Part shown: positions 25,050 to 38,690 of the stretch, one piece after another
Position numbering within the stretch: position 1 is the first letter of the stretch
Layout of the letters: the number at the start of each line of letters is the position of its first letter
Assembly (NCBI RefSeq): GCF_964204865.1
Contig: NC_135255.1
Span: 20,336,001-20,400,000, forward strand
Length of the DNA: 64,000 bases
Reading direction: 5' to 3'
From: Styela clava
Taxonomy: Eukaryota
Translations under genes and position numbers: made by a program
Notes under the pieces: model-generated
Told to the model about the DNA's origin: nothing
Databases searched by the model: none
What the model saw: the letters and a program-made list of their open reading frames with translations, nothing else

Positions 25050-28000
25050 TCACCCGACAACCACCCCCACCCGCCTCCTTTTCCATACGATGACGGATTG
25101 TTTATGGTTTAGACATCTGCCTTGCTGTACAGACCCTGATTTTCAAACCCACAGTGAAAGTGGGTTTACTGGTAATTATTAGACACGTTCTCTTAATTGC
25201 TGTTTGTCTTTGGAAGTCGTTATCATTTTGTAATTAGAATTGTATTCTGTGTAATTAACTACTGGTCAATTCGGATTCAAATCTAATATCCGAAGCTAAA
25301 AATTTATTTTTTCCGATTTTCCATCTAGTGCTATTTGCAAGGTTTCATACAACGAAATTAGTCAGGTAACGGTGCTCGGCACCAGACACCCTTCGTTTTT
25401 GTTCATTTATTCTAATGTTTCATATCAATATTGAACTAATGTTAATATTTAAATTAATATTAACAATTTTGCAACAATTTTATCGATTATTATTATATAC
25501 GTTTCGTACATGTGTCCCCAACTATTCTGGGTTCCTCTCTACTCATCCCCTTTCAATTGAATTAACTCAGCAAGGCAGATAATGATCAATGAATATTTTT
25601 ATTATTTTCTATCATTCAACAGCATATTATCAAAACTGTAATCTTATTATTTTAACTTTCACTGCTCGGACTGGAAATTTTCTCACATTTTGACATTATA
25701 TCTATCTTGCTGCATTCAAATAGGTTTTTGTTTTTTTTAAGATTCGAAACTTTCCCGCAGAGCAGTAAAGTAAGCAGAAAACGTTTGATGTAATTTGACA
25801 TGGGAGTTTTGCATATCTTAACAGCTGTTAGCATTACAAAATAAGTTTTGTCAAGTCAGTGTCAACTTAGACACGGTGAAAAAATTAATTAAGTCGATAA
25901 TGATGGCGAAATATAGTGATATTTAACGTTGCGCCAATTACAATTATTAAAATCCATGTGGATTTTTTGATGCTGGAAAACAACATTTTAAATTTAAACA
26001 AAATCTATGATCAAGATTTTTAAATGTGGACCGGCGACGGAATCCGGCTCCTAAAATACCGGGCACGTTATGAAGAATCTGCAAAAATTCGGTCCGCCAA
26101 ACCATATAGTTGCGGTGTGGGAGTTAAGTTTCTGTTTATCAGTTTTGATTATGGAATGAGTAAAATATAATAACGTTGGATATACATATATTACAATACA
26201 TATAGAAATATAATTACACTACTGGCGTCTTGTCCGAATATATTATATAAATAAAGACTATTCCAAAATCTGTCCTAAGTTTGTGCGCATATGAAGTTTT
26301 ACGCTGTATGTCCAGTTATTAAAAGATAAATGAGTGCCGTCACCTACCTACAATAATATTGAGTACTATATGCTGGATAACATAGTTACATAATACAAGG
26401 TACTCCACTGAAATGACCAAACATGTTTGAAATGTAAAACACGAACATATTTCCTTGTATATTGGAAAAACCGAGTGAGTGGGAAGCAAATGATAGATGA
26501 CATTTAAAGCTTCGAGTTTGTCATAAGTTGCGAATGTGGGAGGTGAATGATGCTTGGACAGAACACGATTGTGCCATAAAAACTGATGTTTATTAGGAGT
26601 TGCGAGTGTCGTTGGTTGAAGACATTGGGTATTCGAAGCAGTATAGAAATGCAGTAGACGCAGTAGAAAAATTAAATGCGAACGTTACAGAATATTCAAC
26701 TGAGGCTTATAAGTTGGACATGAGATTCTCAAGTGAGAGTCGATGAAAGGTTATTTATATCCGTTTGGAAATTGCGCAGATTCGGTTAAAATAAGCAAAA
26801 GCTCCAGAACTATTAAGTCAACAAAACGATGAGTTTGATAACATGTAGAATTACATAAATATATCTCCATCGCGAGGATGAACCTGTCTGCTATTGCATT
26901 ATCAGATTCAGAGTTATGGAGTCGAAGTTTGGCAAGGTTTAGCTAGAATTGGTGTCGTCTTTTAAAGCAGACCGGAGTTGGAATTTTGAATTATCCGAAG
27001 TCGAGATTTGGCATTTCATATTACCAATGGCGATAAACTGACATAGAAGTCAGAAAATTTTTTGTATAGAAGCCCCGGAAGCATCGAGTTTACTGATCGT
27101 TAACAGTCTGTTAGAGGAGACCTGCACACGCCAATGTCACACGTTTTGTTATCAAAATCCAAATTTTTCTAGAGTTTGAAGCTGGAGCTGGAGGCGACAG
27201 TTTTGAGTCGACGTCGATTGTAAGTTTTCTCCGGTCCCTAATCTGATGACACGAGGTAGTTTACAATTCCGGCAAACAGAAATGCAAAAGCATATATATT
27301 CACCAACGAATAAAGCAAAATGCCGTTTGGTTGTAGACTGGAAGGTGACGATAAGAAGCGTAGACGGCAATTTAAAATTCAATATTCACATTTATTACTA
27401 ATCACCCCAACAACAAACTGTATCCTTTCGGACCCTGAAACCTTCGTATTACACAGTAGATGAAGTATATTGTATGGGGCAGGGCATATAAGCCGTAAAG
27501 ACTGAGTCACATAACATACTGGAATAGAAGTTGAAATAGTTACAGGCAATGGGTTTTGGACATGTAACAATGTATCTAAAATGTAAAAAATAGTTTCAAC
27601 ACATGATGACGTTCTTGGTCACGTTGCAAAAAAAAGGATAAAGATGACATGGAATTGGGAATTTATGGTTATTCCACAACCCCAAACTTTTGTTTTGCAC
27701 GGGGATTGGGTTGTTACGTCTCCAAAAAAGTTCATTCCGTTTTAGAATATATACAAGAGATGGTTAGTTTTGACTTTGCAGTGCATTGATATATATGTAG
27801 TGAAAGCCTACAAGATCTTGTCATGGATTTGTTCGGACTTTTATATGTGGCTCATGACTAATCTGCCTCTACGCACAATATTTGCAAATCACCATCGACG
27901 TCAAAAAAGAACGAGTTATGTTTTTCTTATCTTTGTGAAATGAAAAACGGTCTATTGGCCTCGAATGGTGTTTTTGAATGGCAATCAGAAATGCGGAATC

Positions 28001-28125
28001 GGAGATGTTTATATCTGAATCATCCGGTTTTTTAAAATCTAATCTCTCAAATTAATGCGGGCCATTATGATACTGTTGGGTTTTCTTGTTTCTTTACCAG
28101 GAAGAAAATGATTAGTCTAGTTAAC

Positions 28126-29217
28126 ATGGTTTGGTCGTTGATCGCCATTTTACTGCTTGGTAAGTAAAGTAGGGAAATACTGTATAAATAATCAATTGTA
28201 TTCCCAATTAAAGAATGAACTAACAAACGACGTAAACAGAAATTCCTTCCAGTCTTATCGTGTCTATGGTTTGGGTCGGATGTTTGCATTTACCACATTT
28301 CATAGATAAAATCTTGTCTTTCCCGAGAAGACGTAACGTTTAACAGGCTTTGACGCGAAGCGTAGCAATTTCCATGATTTCTTTTAACTAAGAACATATC
28401 ATTAAATTCTATTTACCTACGAGCCGTATGCTTCAAAGCAGTTTTTCGAGGTGGTGTGGGATTTTAGCCTTGCAATTTTCTGCTTTCTAGGAATGGTGAT
28501 CGGTATCAATGGTCAGTGTGATGAAAAGCAGATGTACATAACATCAGGAAATGGCGAAATAAGTACTCCGAATTATCCCGAGAAATACGCTTCAAAATAT
28601 CCTGATGAATATGGAAGATCGGCAAATTGCTCATGGAAATTCACTGCTACGGAAGGTTACGCTCTTGTGTTAACATTCACATATCAAAGACTTTATATCG
28701 TAGAAAACAAGGAAAAGAGATGTTTGGGATCGTACATGCTAACAATAAATAGCGGTAAGAGACATATGAATTGCATTTTTCCAATTTACTTATTCATGTT
28801 CCGTGTCAGATGAGATTTTCAACAAAAAATAAAATTTCAAAACTACTCACATTTCTCTACGACAAGGCTTTCTTAATATGAATGGGTAAAATTTATCAAC
28901 ACACCTAAGAAAAAGTAAAGAGCAAAATGACGGTGACTAGATTGGTAGCTCATGCGAAATATGTACTATTTAATACAGACATACAAGAATGTATGCGATA
29001 CGTCGATACAGCATATCCACTCACAGTGATTAAACCGATTGGATATTTCGACTCTATGTGCAGGGGAACACGGAATAAATCAAGTGTTCATGTTCAGTAT
29101 GTATCTGACGGACGAACATATACCGGTTCGGGAGCGACGACTACAGGAATGGGTTTTAAAATTCAGTACAAGTTTTCAAAATGCCCGACATTTGAAGGTA
29201 AACATATCGAATATTAG
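28126..29217 (+). CDS. Gene 5: signal peptide + CUB only (predicted secreted, ~175-178 aa) or truncated class B pseudogene
   Basis: Intact exons 28126-28159, 28491-28754, 28979-29197; no stalk exon. Read-through ends GKHIEY* at 29217; splicing to the AG at 29509 ends EKK*. Out-of-frame class B tail exons remain at 29510-29594 and 29805-29911. Confidence 0.6.
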
Positions 29218-32200
29218 TTTATATAACGTATAAAATTTTTCAAAAATATTGTCTGTAGGAACTAAATATGGAAATAAATACTCTATGGCCCAAGCTTCGT
29301 TAATTAATATTTCGAGCTCTTGTATTCGAAGCTTGAAAGGTTTTCATTAAGTCAAGCATGGTAGTAAGAAGAAGATAATTGTATCAAATTTCATTGTTGG
29401 ACACAAAGTAGACTCAATGGATTTTGTTAAATTCTTATCGTTGTTGTTGGGATGATTTTTATTGTTTGGAGAAATCGCGACTAATCGATTTCTAATTTTC
29501 TGTGCTTAGAGAAGAAATAAATCACTGGTCAATCTAAATGAGGAAGCTCCGTATACAATCATGTATTCCGCTCTTGCACGAAAAGAAGAAGAAGGTAATG
29601 AAAGAAAACCATATGTGATAGACTAAATATTTTGAGGACAAAAACATACTATTGATAAAGATTGTAAATGAATAATTTAAAAAGTGTGAATTGAATGCGG
29701 TTACATACAAGGACATATCGTTCAAAGTTTTGGTCTGAGCTCCCTTGAAATTGCAGAAATAAATATATTTAAGAAATCAATTAACATAAATACTTCTATT
29801 TCAGATATAAAGGAAAATGCAGCAATTGAGGAAGACGAGCATAAATACGACATGTATTCAGCCGTTGTACGAAAGACTGAGGGAGGTGACAAAGAGACGA
29901 TTCATATGTGATCACCCGACAGTTGTCCTGCTTTTTCATACGATTACTGCCTGCTTATGTTTTAGAAATCTGCCTTGCTGTTAAGACCTTGATCCTCAAA
30001 ATATAACCCAAGCTTATAGTTAAAGTGAGAAGGGGTACTGGGAAATATTAGACACGTTTGCTTAATTGTTGTTTGTCTTTGGCACTCGTGTTACTTTTGT
30101 AATTGGGGTTGTTTTTTTGTGATTAATTACAGGGCCAATCGCATTCAAATCTTTTATCATAAGCTAAAAAGATAATGATGACAAACTTCTATAGGATCTC
30201 TGAAACCTTTTGTTTCACCCACATTTTTTCCGATTTTCCATCTTACACTATCCGTGAGCTTTCGTCCATCGAAATAAGGCAGTTCACGGACTCGGCAGCA
30301 GTCCCCCCTCCGGTTTTGTTCATTTATTTCAATGTTTTATATTAGTATTGGACTCATTAATATTAACAATTTTTCAAGAATTTTATCGACTTACTACGTT
30401 TCGTATATGGGTTTCCCAACTATTTCTGGGTTCCTTTCTACTCATCCCCCTTTAATTGAATTAACTGAGCAAGGCAGATCACGATTCGTGAATATTTTCA
30501 TAATTATCTAATCATTCAACGTAATATGCTCGCAACTATAATCCTATTATTTTAACTTTCTCCGCTTGGGCTGAAACTTTTCTCACATTGTAATAATATT
30601 TGTCCTGCTGCATTCAAACTAGTCTTTGTATTTTCAACCTTCGAAATATTCCACACAGTTGTAAGGTGAACAGGAAAATGTTAGATGTAAATTAAAATGT
30701 AAATTTTGCCGTTAGCAAAACAAAATAAGTAGTCAAATTTGGCGGCGTGGAATAATAAACTAAGTCGTTAATGGTGGCGAAATATAGTGACATCTAAAAA
30801 TGCGCACAATCAGAATAGAATCCATGTGAATTCTCAGATGCTCGAATGAATTTTTTTTAAATTTAAGCAAAAATCATAATCGAGATTTCAAATGCGAGCC
30901 GGCGATCAAATTCGGTCTCCAAAATAAATTCGGTCTCATAACACTCACAACTTTTTGAAAAAAATGTGACCATTACCGTTCTGTTGCATTGACCAGTACT
31001 TTTCATCGCAAGCAATTCATTATAAGGATGGTTCATAACCCTCACGATTGTACTTCCGTTGCTTATTCCAAGATGTTTCAATATTTGATAACGATACGCG
31101 ATGTGATCGTTCGAAACCTGTAGAATGATATTGTGGTGTCGGAGTCGAATGTTTGGCTACCCTACTTCGAGATTCAAAGTCAAAATGTTTCTTTACCCGG
31201 AATCGATTGTAAATTTTCCCCGACTTCACATACCCGATCTGAGGACGCGGGAGGTAATTCACTATTTCATCAAACAAATATGCAAAATCGTATTCAATGA
31301 TATATAAAGTAGTTTTGTTATAGACTGGGAGGTGGCGATACAAAGCGTAGACAGTAATATACTTTCTCTTAATTACTAATCACCTTAGCATCAAACTCCC
31401 GGAAACATTAGCAATTCGTATGTCTTGTGGATCAGAACGTATTGTCCGTTAAGACTCAATCACATAACATACTGGAATATAGCAATACAATGCGAAATAG
31501 CGATACAGTGAGAAATGGGGGCGATGGCCTTCGAATACGAATATTCGATTTATGGTGAAGAGAAGAACGAAATTAGGCATTTTATTATTTTAAAAATTCA
31601 AATAGGAATAAAGTAAACGTAAAAAATAATCTCGGCGCCTGGTGAATTTATTGGTTAGGATGCTAACTTATACCTTGGGATAAATATGACACTGAATTAA
31701 TAATTACTGTGAATAATGGTTCATTCTGATTGTGGAATGAAAAAACCCACTAACTTTATTAACCATCCGTTTAACGTGATAAATTGCAACCTAGAATACA
31801 CTGAATCCAGGCAATTCGAAGTATTATAAAAATTAAAACAATTCGCACAAAATGACTATTCTGTCCCTGCAACCCAAGACGAAAATCTAATAATATTATA
31901 AACGATTTTATCATTGTAATTTTGTGTTTTAGGCTCGGTATCTGGTGGCAATGGTCAGTACAGTGGAAAGGAAATTAATATGACATCAGGAAACGGTGGA
32001 GTAAGTTCACCAAATTATCCCAACGAATACGGAAAATCAGCAAACTGCTCATGGAAATTCACTCACTCGGCGGGTTACGCTCTTGTGTTGACAATCACGT
32101 ATCAGAAGCTTTATATCGTAAAAAACGCGGAAAAGATATGTTTGGGATCGTACATGCTAACAATAAATAGCGGTAAGAGACATATGAATTGTCGTGTCCC

Positions 32201-35200
32201 AATTTACTTCATGTTCTATGTCAGATAATATTTTTCACAAAAAATGTTTCAAGTTTTAAAACTACCCATATTCCGCCACGGGAAGACTTTTCCTATATGA
32301 AAATTCACCATCGCACCAAATTAAAAAATGGTAGCGGTTTCATACGTGGTGAATAAAATGCATCAGCAAAATGACTGCGACTAGATTTGCGTAATCTTGC
32401 CTAAATAACATTTAATTCAGATACACAAGAATGTGAGAGGTACATTGATACCAGATATGCACTTGCAGTGATTGAAATCTTTGAATACTTTGACTCTATG
32501 TGCGACAGTGACGCAGATAACGGACCAAATGTTCATGTTCAGTATGTATCTGACGGACGAACATTTACCGGTTCGGGAGCGACGACTAAAGGAATGGGTT
32601 TTAAAATTCAGTACAAGTTTTCAAAATGCCCGACATTTGAAGGTAAACATATCGATAATTAGTTTATATAACGTATGAAATTTTTCAATAATATTGTCTG
32701 TAGGAACTAAATATGGAAATAAATACTCTATTTCATGGCCCAAGCTTCGTTAATTAATATTTCGAGCTCTTGTATTCGAAGCTTGAAAGGTTTTCATTAA
32801 GTCAAGCATGGTAGTAAGAAGGAGATAATTGTATCAAATTTCATTGTTGGACACAAAGTAGACTCAATGGATTTTGTTAAATTCTTATCGTTGTTGTTGG
32901 GATGATTTTTATTGTTTGGAGAAATCGCGACTAATCGATTTCTAATTTTCTGTGCTTAGAGAAGAAATAAATCACTGGTCAATCTAAATGAGGAAGCTCC
33001 GTATACAATCATGTATTCCGCTCTTGCACGAAAAGAAGAAGAAGGTAATAAAAGAAAACCATATGTGATAGACTAAATATTTTGAGGACAAAAACATACT
33101 ATTGATAAAGATTGCAAATGAATAATTTAAAAAGTGTGAATTGAATGCGGTTACATACAAGGACATATCGTTCAAAGTTTTGGTCTGAGCTCCCTTGAAA
33201 TTGCAGAAATAAATATATTTAAGAAATCAATTAACATAAATACTTCTATTTCAGATATAAAGGAAAATGCAGCAATTGAGGAAGACGAGCATAAATACGA
33301 CATGTATTCAGCCGTTGTACGAAAGACTGAGGGAGGTGACAAAGAGACGATTCATATGTGATCACCCGACAGTTGTCCTGCTTTTCATACGATTACTGCC
33401 TGCTTATGTTTTAGAAATCTGCCTTGCTGTTCAGACCTTGATTTTCAAAATATAACCCAAGCTTATAGTGAAAGTGAAAAGGGGTACTGGGAAATATTAG
33501 ACACGTTTGGTTAATTGTTGTTTGTTATTGGCACTCGTGTTACTTTTGTAATTGGGGTTGTTTTCTTTAGGATTAATTACAGGGCCAATCGCATTCAAAT
33601 CTTATGTCCTACAAGCTAAAAAGGTAATAATAACATATCTTCTATTGACTCTCTGAAACACTTTGCTTCACCCCACATTTTTTTCGATTTTCCATCTAAC
33701 ACTATCTGCCAGATTTCATTCATCGAAATAAGTCAGTTCACGGTGCTCGGCACCAGTACCCCCTCCGGTTTTGTTCATTTATTTCAATGTTTTATATTAG
33801 TATTAAACTAATATTAACAATTTTTCAAGAATTTAATCGACTTCCTACGTTTTGTATAAGTGTCTCTCAACTATTTCTGGGTTCCTTTTAATTGAATTGA
33901 CTGAGCAAGGCAGATAAAGATTCATGAATATTTTTATTATTTTCTATCATTCAACAGCGTATTATCGGAACTATAATCTTATTATTTTAACTTTCTCTGC
34001 TTGGGCTGAAACTTTTCTCTCATTGTAATAATATTTGTCTTGCTGCATTCAAACAAGACTTTGTATTTTTAGGCTTAGAAATTTCCCACACGGTTGCAAG
34101 GTGAGCAGGAAAATGTTAGATGTAAATTAAAATGTAAATTTTGCCGTTTGCATAACAAAATAAGTAGTTACCTTGGGCGGTGTGGAAAAATAAACTAAGT
34201 CGTTAATGGTGGCAAAATATAGTGACATGATGCTTCCCAGATGCTTAAAAGAATTTTTTTTTAATTTTAGCAAAAACCATAATCGAAATTTCAAATGCGA
34301 GTCGGCGACCAAATTTGGTCTCCAAAATACCTGTCTTGTTGTGCTTATAGGAAAAAAAGAATTTTAACAATTACTGTGATTAGATTCAATCCCAAAAAAC
34401 AATTCAAACTTCATAACACTCACTACTTTCTGAAGAAAATGTAACCATTACCGTTGTTGTATTGACCAGTACTTTTCATCGCAAGCAATTCATTATAAGG
34501 ATGGTTCATAACCCTCACGATTGTACTTCCGTTGCCCATTCCAAGATGTTTCAATATTTGATAACGATACGCGCTGTGATCGTTCGAAACCTGTAGAATG
34601 ATATTGTGGTGTCGGAGTCGAATGTTTGGCTACCCTACTTCGAGATTCAAAGTCAAAATGTTTCTTTACCCGGAATCGATTGTAAATTTTCCCCGACTTC
34701 ACATACCCGATCTGAGGACGCGGGAGGTAATTCACTATTTCATCAAACAAATATGCAAAATCGTATTTAATGATATATAAAGTAGTTTTGTTATAGACTG
34801 GGAGGTGACGATACAAAGCGTAGACAGTAATATACTTTCTCTTAATTACTAATCACCTTAGCATCAAACTCCCGGAAACATTAGCAATTCGTATGTCTTG
34901 TGGATCAGAACGTATTGTCCGTTAAGACTCAATCACATAACATACTGGAATATAGCAATACAATGCGAAATAGCGATACAGTGAGAAATGGGGGCGATGG
35001 CCTTCGAATACGAATATTCGATTTACGGTGAAGAGAAGAACGAAATTAGGCATTTTAATATTTTAAAAATTCAAATAGGAATAAAGTAAACGTAAAATAT
35101 AATTTTGGCGCCTGGTGACTTTATTGGTTAGGATGCTAACTTATACCTTAAGCTAAATATGACACTGAATTAATAATTACTGTGAATAATGGTTCATTCT

Positions 35201-35223
35201 GATTGTGGAATGAAAAAACCCAC
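29086..35223 (+). repeat. Direct duplication with ~3.45-kb offset (29086-31750 vs 32531-35223)
   Basis: Near-identical sequence, also visible as duplicated spurious ORFs (29534/32984, 31020/34493, 31125/34598). Confidence 0.9.
31933..33361 (+). pseudogene. Gene 6: signal-exon-less CUB cassette with orphan class B tail exons
   Basis: Open CUB exons 31933-32172 and 32421-32642; first Cys changed to Tyr (CAG TAC). I found no signal exon between gene 5 and 31933, and no stalk exon. Tail exons at 32960-33044 and 33255-33361. Confidence 0.7.
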
Positions 35224-35798
35224 AATTCTTTGTTTGGGCTGTTTTGCTCAGATCAACCACGAAGACATTACAATTGTAGTTGTGCCTGATACTTTACTGA
35301 AAAGGTTATCAAATTTTAGAATAAAAACAAGACTTTGTTTTGACAAGACAAGTTTTGTTTTGACTGTGCAGCGCACTAATATGTAGTGGAAGCCTATGGG
35401 ATCCGGTCATGGATTTGTTCACCTTTTCTATATGGATCATGACTGATCTGTCTCTATACGCGACAGATGGGCAAATTACCATTGACGTCAAATACAAACA
35501 AGGCATGTTTTCTTAATCTTTGTAAATTGATGATTAGAAAATACAGTCTACCTGGCATAGGGGAAGTTATAGGTTTGTGAGTTTTTATAGCAAAATGAAC
35601 ATTAAGTAGAGCAGTTGGCAGAAATAGTCGAAACATTACATTCGGATTTGAATCGACAAAAAAGGGGATAACGGTACATATCTTGTTTATATCCTGATCG
35701 TTCGTTTTTACTATCTTCTGTCTCAAAATATGTTTCTCACGTTACGTTTATTTTGCTTCTCAACTAGGTCAAAAAAGATTATTCAGTCTAAGGTTAAC

Positions 35799-38690
35799 AT
35801 GGTTTGGTCATTGATCGCCATCTTGCTTTTAGGTGAGTAAAGTACGGAATTGAATTAATAATAATTTATCGTATTATTACCAATAAAAAAACGAATTCCG
35901 TAGACAGAAATTGCTTTCAGGTTTATCATGTTTGTAGTCGGGAAATTGGTATTCATTGTATTTCATGGATAAATCTAAGCCCTACCTGGGATTGTGTATT
36001 TTGCTAAAATATCTTCACCACCATACATTGGAATTTTCACCATTTCTGCGTCATTTGGTTTCGTATTTGAACAAAACAAGAACATTGAATTCTATTTACC
36101 AACAAGACGTTTGCCTCAATCAGTTGGTCACGAAATTTTTGTATATGTTGCATTTCTCTATATGTTGGAAACTGTGGCCTATTGCAATGGTCAGTGTGCC
36201 GGAGAGGAGATGAACATAACATCAGGAGACGGCGTAATAAGTTCCCCAAATAATCGCGACAAATACGTAAAATCAGCAATCTGCTCATGGAATTTCACTT
36301 CTTCGGAAGGTTACGCTTTCGAGTTAACAATCACGTACCAGAGGCTTTATATTATTGAAAACTCAAACAAGCTGTGCTTAGGATCGTACAGCATCACTAT
36401 AAACAACGGTTTGTGAAATAACTGTAAATTATCATTTTCTGATCTAATTAAATCATGCTCTATTTTAGTTTGTTAGAATTTTTCGATATTTAAACATCGG
36501 TGTATATTTTTTATCATATCGACGGGAAAGGGTGATAACTTAGTTTCTAACGTTTCTTGTCCGACTCTAGCCGACGAGGTCAGGAATCAAATCAGGATCA
36601 AAAATGATGTGTTATACTATTAAAATTCAGATACACAAGAATGTACGAGATACGTTAATGCAAAATATTCAATTTCATTGATTGGATCATTTGAATATTT
36701 CGATTCTATGTGCTGTGGAGAAGCAGGAAACGGAGCAAGTGTCCGTATTCAGTATATATCAGATGGACGAACATATACCGGTTCTAACACAGTGATAACC
36801 ATCATATGGGTTTCAGAATCCAGAAGTTATCACAATGCCCCGGATTTACAGGTAAACACGCTAAATATTGTTTATCTATGAATAGGGCGGGGCGTTTTCG
36901 AATACCCGATGATTTCAGAATCGAATCTCAAATACTTGGAAGATATGAAATTGTATGTAACTTTCTTACTATTTTAGGTCATCCAGACACATAAATTACT
37001 AAAAACATAGATAACATCACTAACAATAAAAAACACATTTTCATCAATACCCCAATACAGAAAAAGTTCGAAAATTTTCTCTAAACCGATTCGAATAAGT
37101 TACTATTCGATTCGGATATTCGATTCAAAATGCCCAGCCTTATCTATGAATTATATACGTTTTCTAAACAATGCATATTAATAATGCACACTTATGATAA
37201 TTTTTAAGACCGAACTAATGGAGAGATTCAAATCATCTCAAGACATTTTTTACTGATTTAGTTTCACAAAAAGTGATGAGAAGTTCTTTGTGTCACGTCA
37301 TAGAAATAACCTCATTTCAAGTTTTGCCTTTGATTCCTGTTAAAACTAATACCAATCCGGTACAAGGTGTGCAGGAAATAAATCAGTATCATTTATTTTC
37401 ATTTTAGCAATCATCTACCCCGATACAACTAATGCTCCTACTACCACACAATATCCGGTTCATCATACTACTGACGCAGCCACTACGGTTGAAACATTAC
37501 GCAATACTGCAAAGTCGGATCCGAACACTCATACAACCCCTGAGACAACTGGGATCGAAAACGCGAATGAATTAATCACAACGTCTGACAAGTCCACATT
37601 GAAAACTACCAAGGGTAAGTGTTCGAGTTTTGTCATTTCATCACTGGACTGTAAGATAAAAATACCAGTACATATAATTTAAAACCAATTAAATTATCAT
37701 GCATATACTTGGTATTGCCATTTTTTTTAATCCGCGAGATGGTGTGCTATCTACTACGTGGACGTTTTTGAATTGATGAACATTTTCACTTGTTATACAC
37801 ATTATTTATTTTCACCAGGAACAATCAACACAAACATTGATCGAACAACTTTAATCGTCCTCCTCTCCATACCAGAATTTATCTTCGTTTTACTCATGGT
37901 CGTGGCCGGGATTGTATTCTACAAGAAAAAAACGGTGAGCATTCTTCATGCTCAGAAAAATAACCGTATACCACATTGAACTAACCAATAAATATTGTAT
38001 TATTTTATTTCCCGATAAAATCATTACGTTCTCTGTTATTTCATGACATGACGATGCGTGTTTGCAATCGGCACCGGATTCTCGATGTTTTTGTTTTGTT
38101 GATTTGATGTTATATACTTAATTTTGTCAAAGATCCCAACGTCCGGAACATGCCAACGCAGCACAAGGGACTGTTCCTAATTCTACTGAGATGGGAAACA
38201 TCGGTTCTACGGGGCACAACGGAACGTCAGGTAACCTATTTGTATTTTCAAATGCAGCATTGAGATATGATAGAAAGTTACACTTTCTTTGCTGAAACAT
38301 TTTAAAAAATGGGGTTTCATTGTTATTTTTGGTTTTCAGCGCTTGTCATTTGAATACTAGTTTGTTTTTCGTCTTAGAGTACATGTTTTTGATTTCAGCA
38401 ATGTCCGGCGTATATTTCGCATTTTTAACTGACGTGAATAACTGATTTAATATCAATTGATGTTTCTGGAATAGTAAGGTACTAGATTAAAACATAACTA
38501 TCTTAATACAAAGCTAATGAAATTCAGAACATATTCAGATACCGATGGCTACGAAGAAGTTCAAGCTGCGCCATCTAGCGGATATGAGGAGATACGACAA
38601 GCAACCGATGGATACGAAAAAGTGCAAATAAGGGCAGCAACTCAGGAACAAGAGGCCGGATATAAAGCCACGTATGCGAACATTGCATGA
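35799..38690 (+). pseudogene. Gene 7: class A CUB receptor, probable pseudogene
   Basis: Signal exon 35799-35832; CUB exon 1 (to 36408) has its acceptor AG changed to GG at ~36167; CUB exon 2 36631-36851 is 221 nt (frameshift); stalk 37408-37614; TM 37819-37934 with an extra A in a homopolymer; tail exons 38133-38230 and 38539-38690 intact. Confidence 0.8.
36883..37142. mobile_element. hAT-like MITE in intron 3 of gene 7
   Basis: Ends TAGGGCGGGGCGTTTT...AAAATGCCCAGCCTTA; perfect 8-bp TSD TCTATGAA (36875-36882, 37143-37150). Confidence 0.82.

Noticed and set aside
31020-34816. Repeated 107-aa and 60-aa ORFs (31020/34493, 31125/34598) as a conserved gene
   Set aside because: Repetition is explained by the recent duplication; there are no recognisable motifs, and related sequence at ~27250-27550 does not keep the frame.
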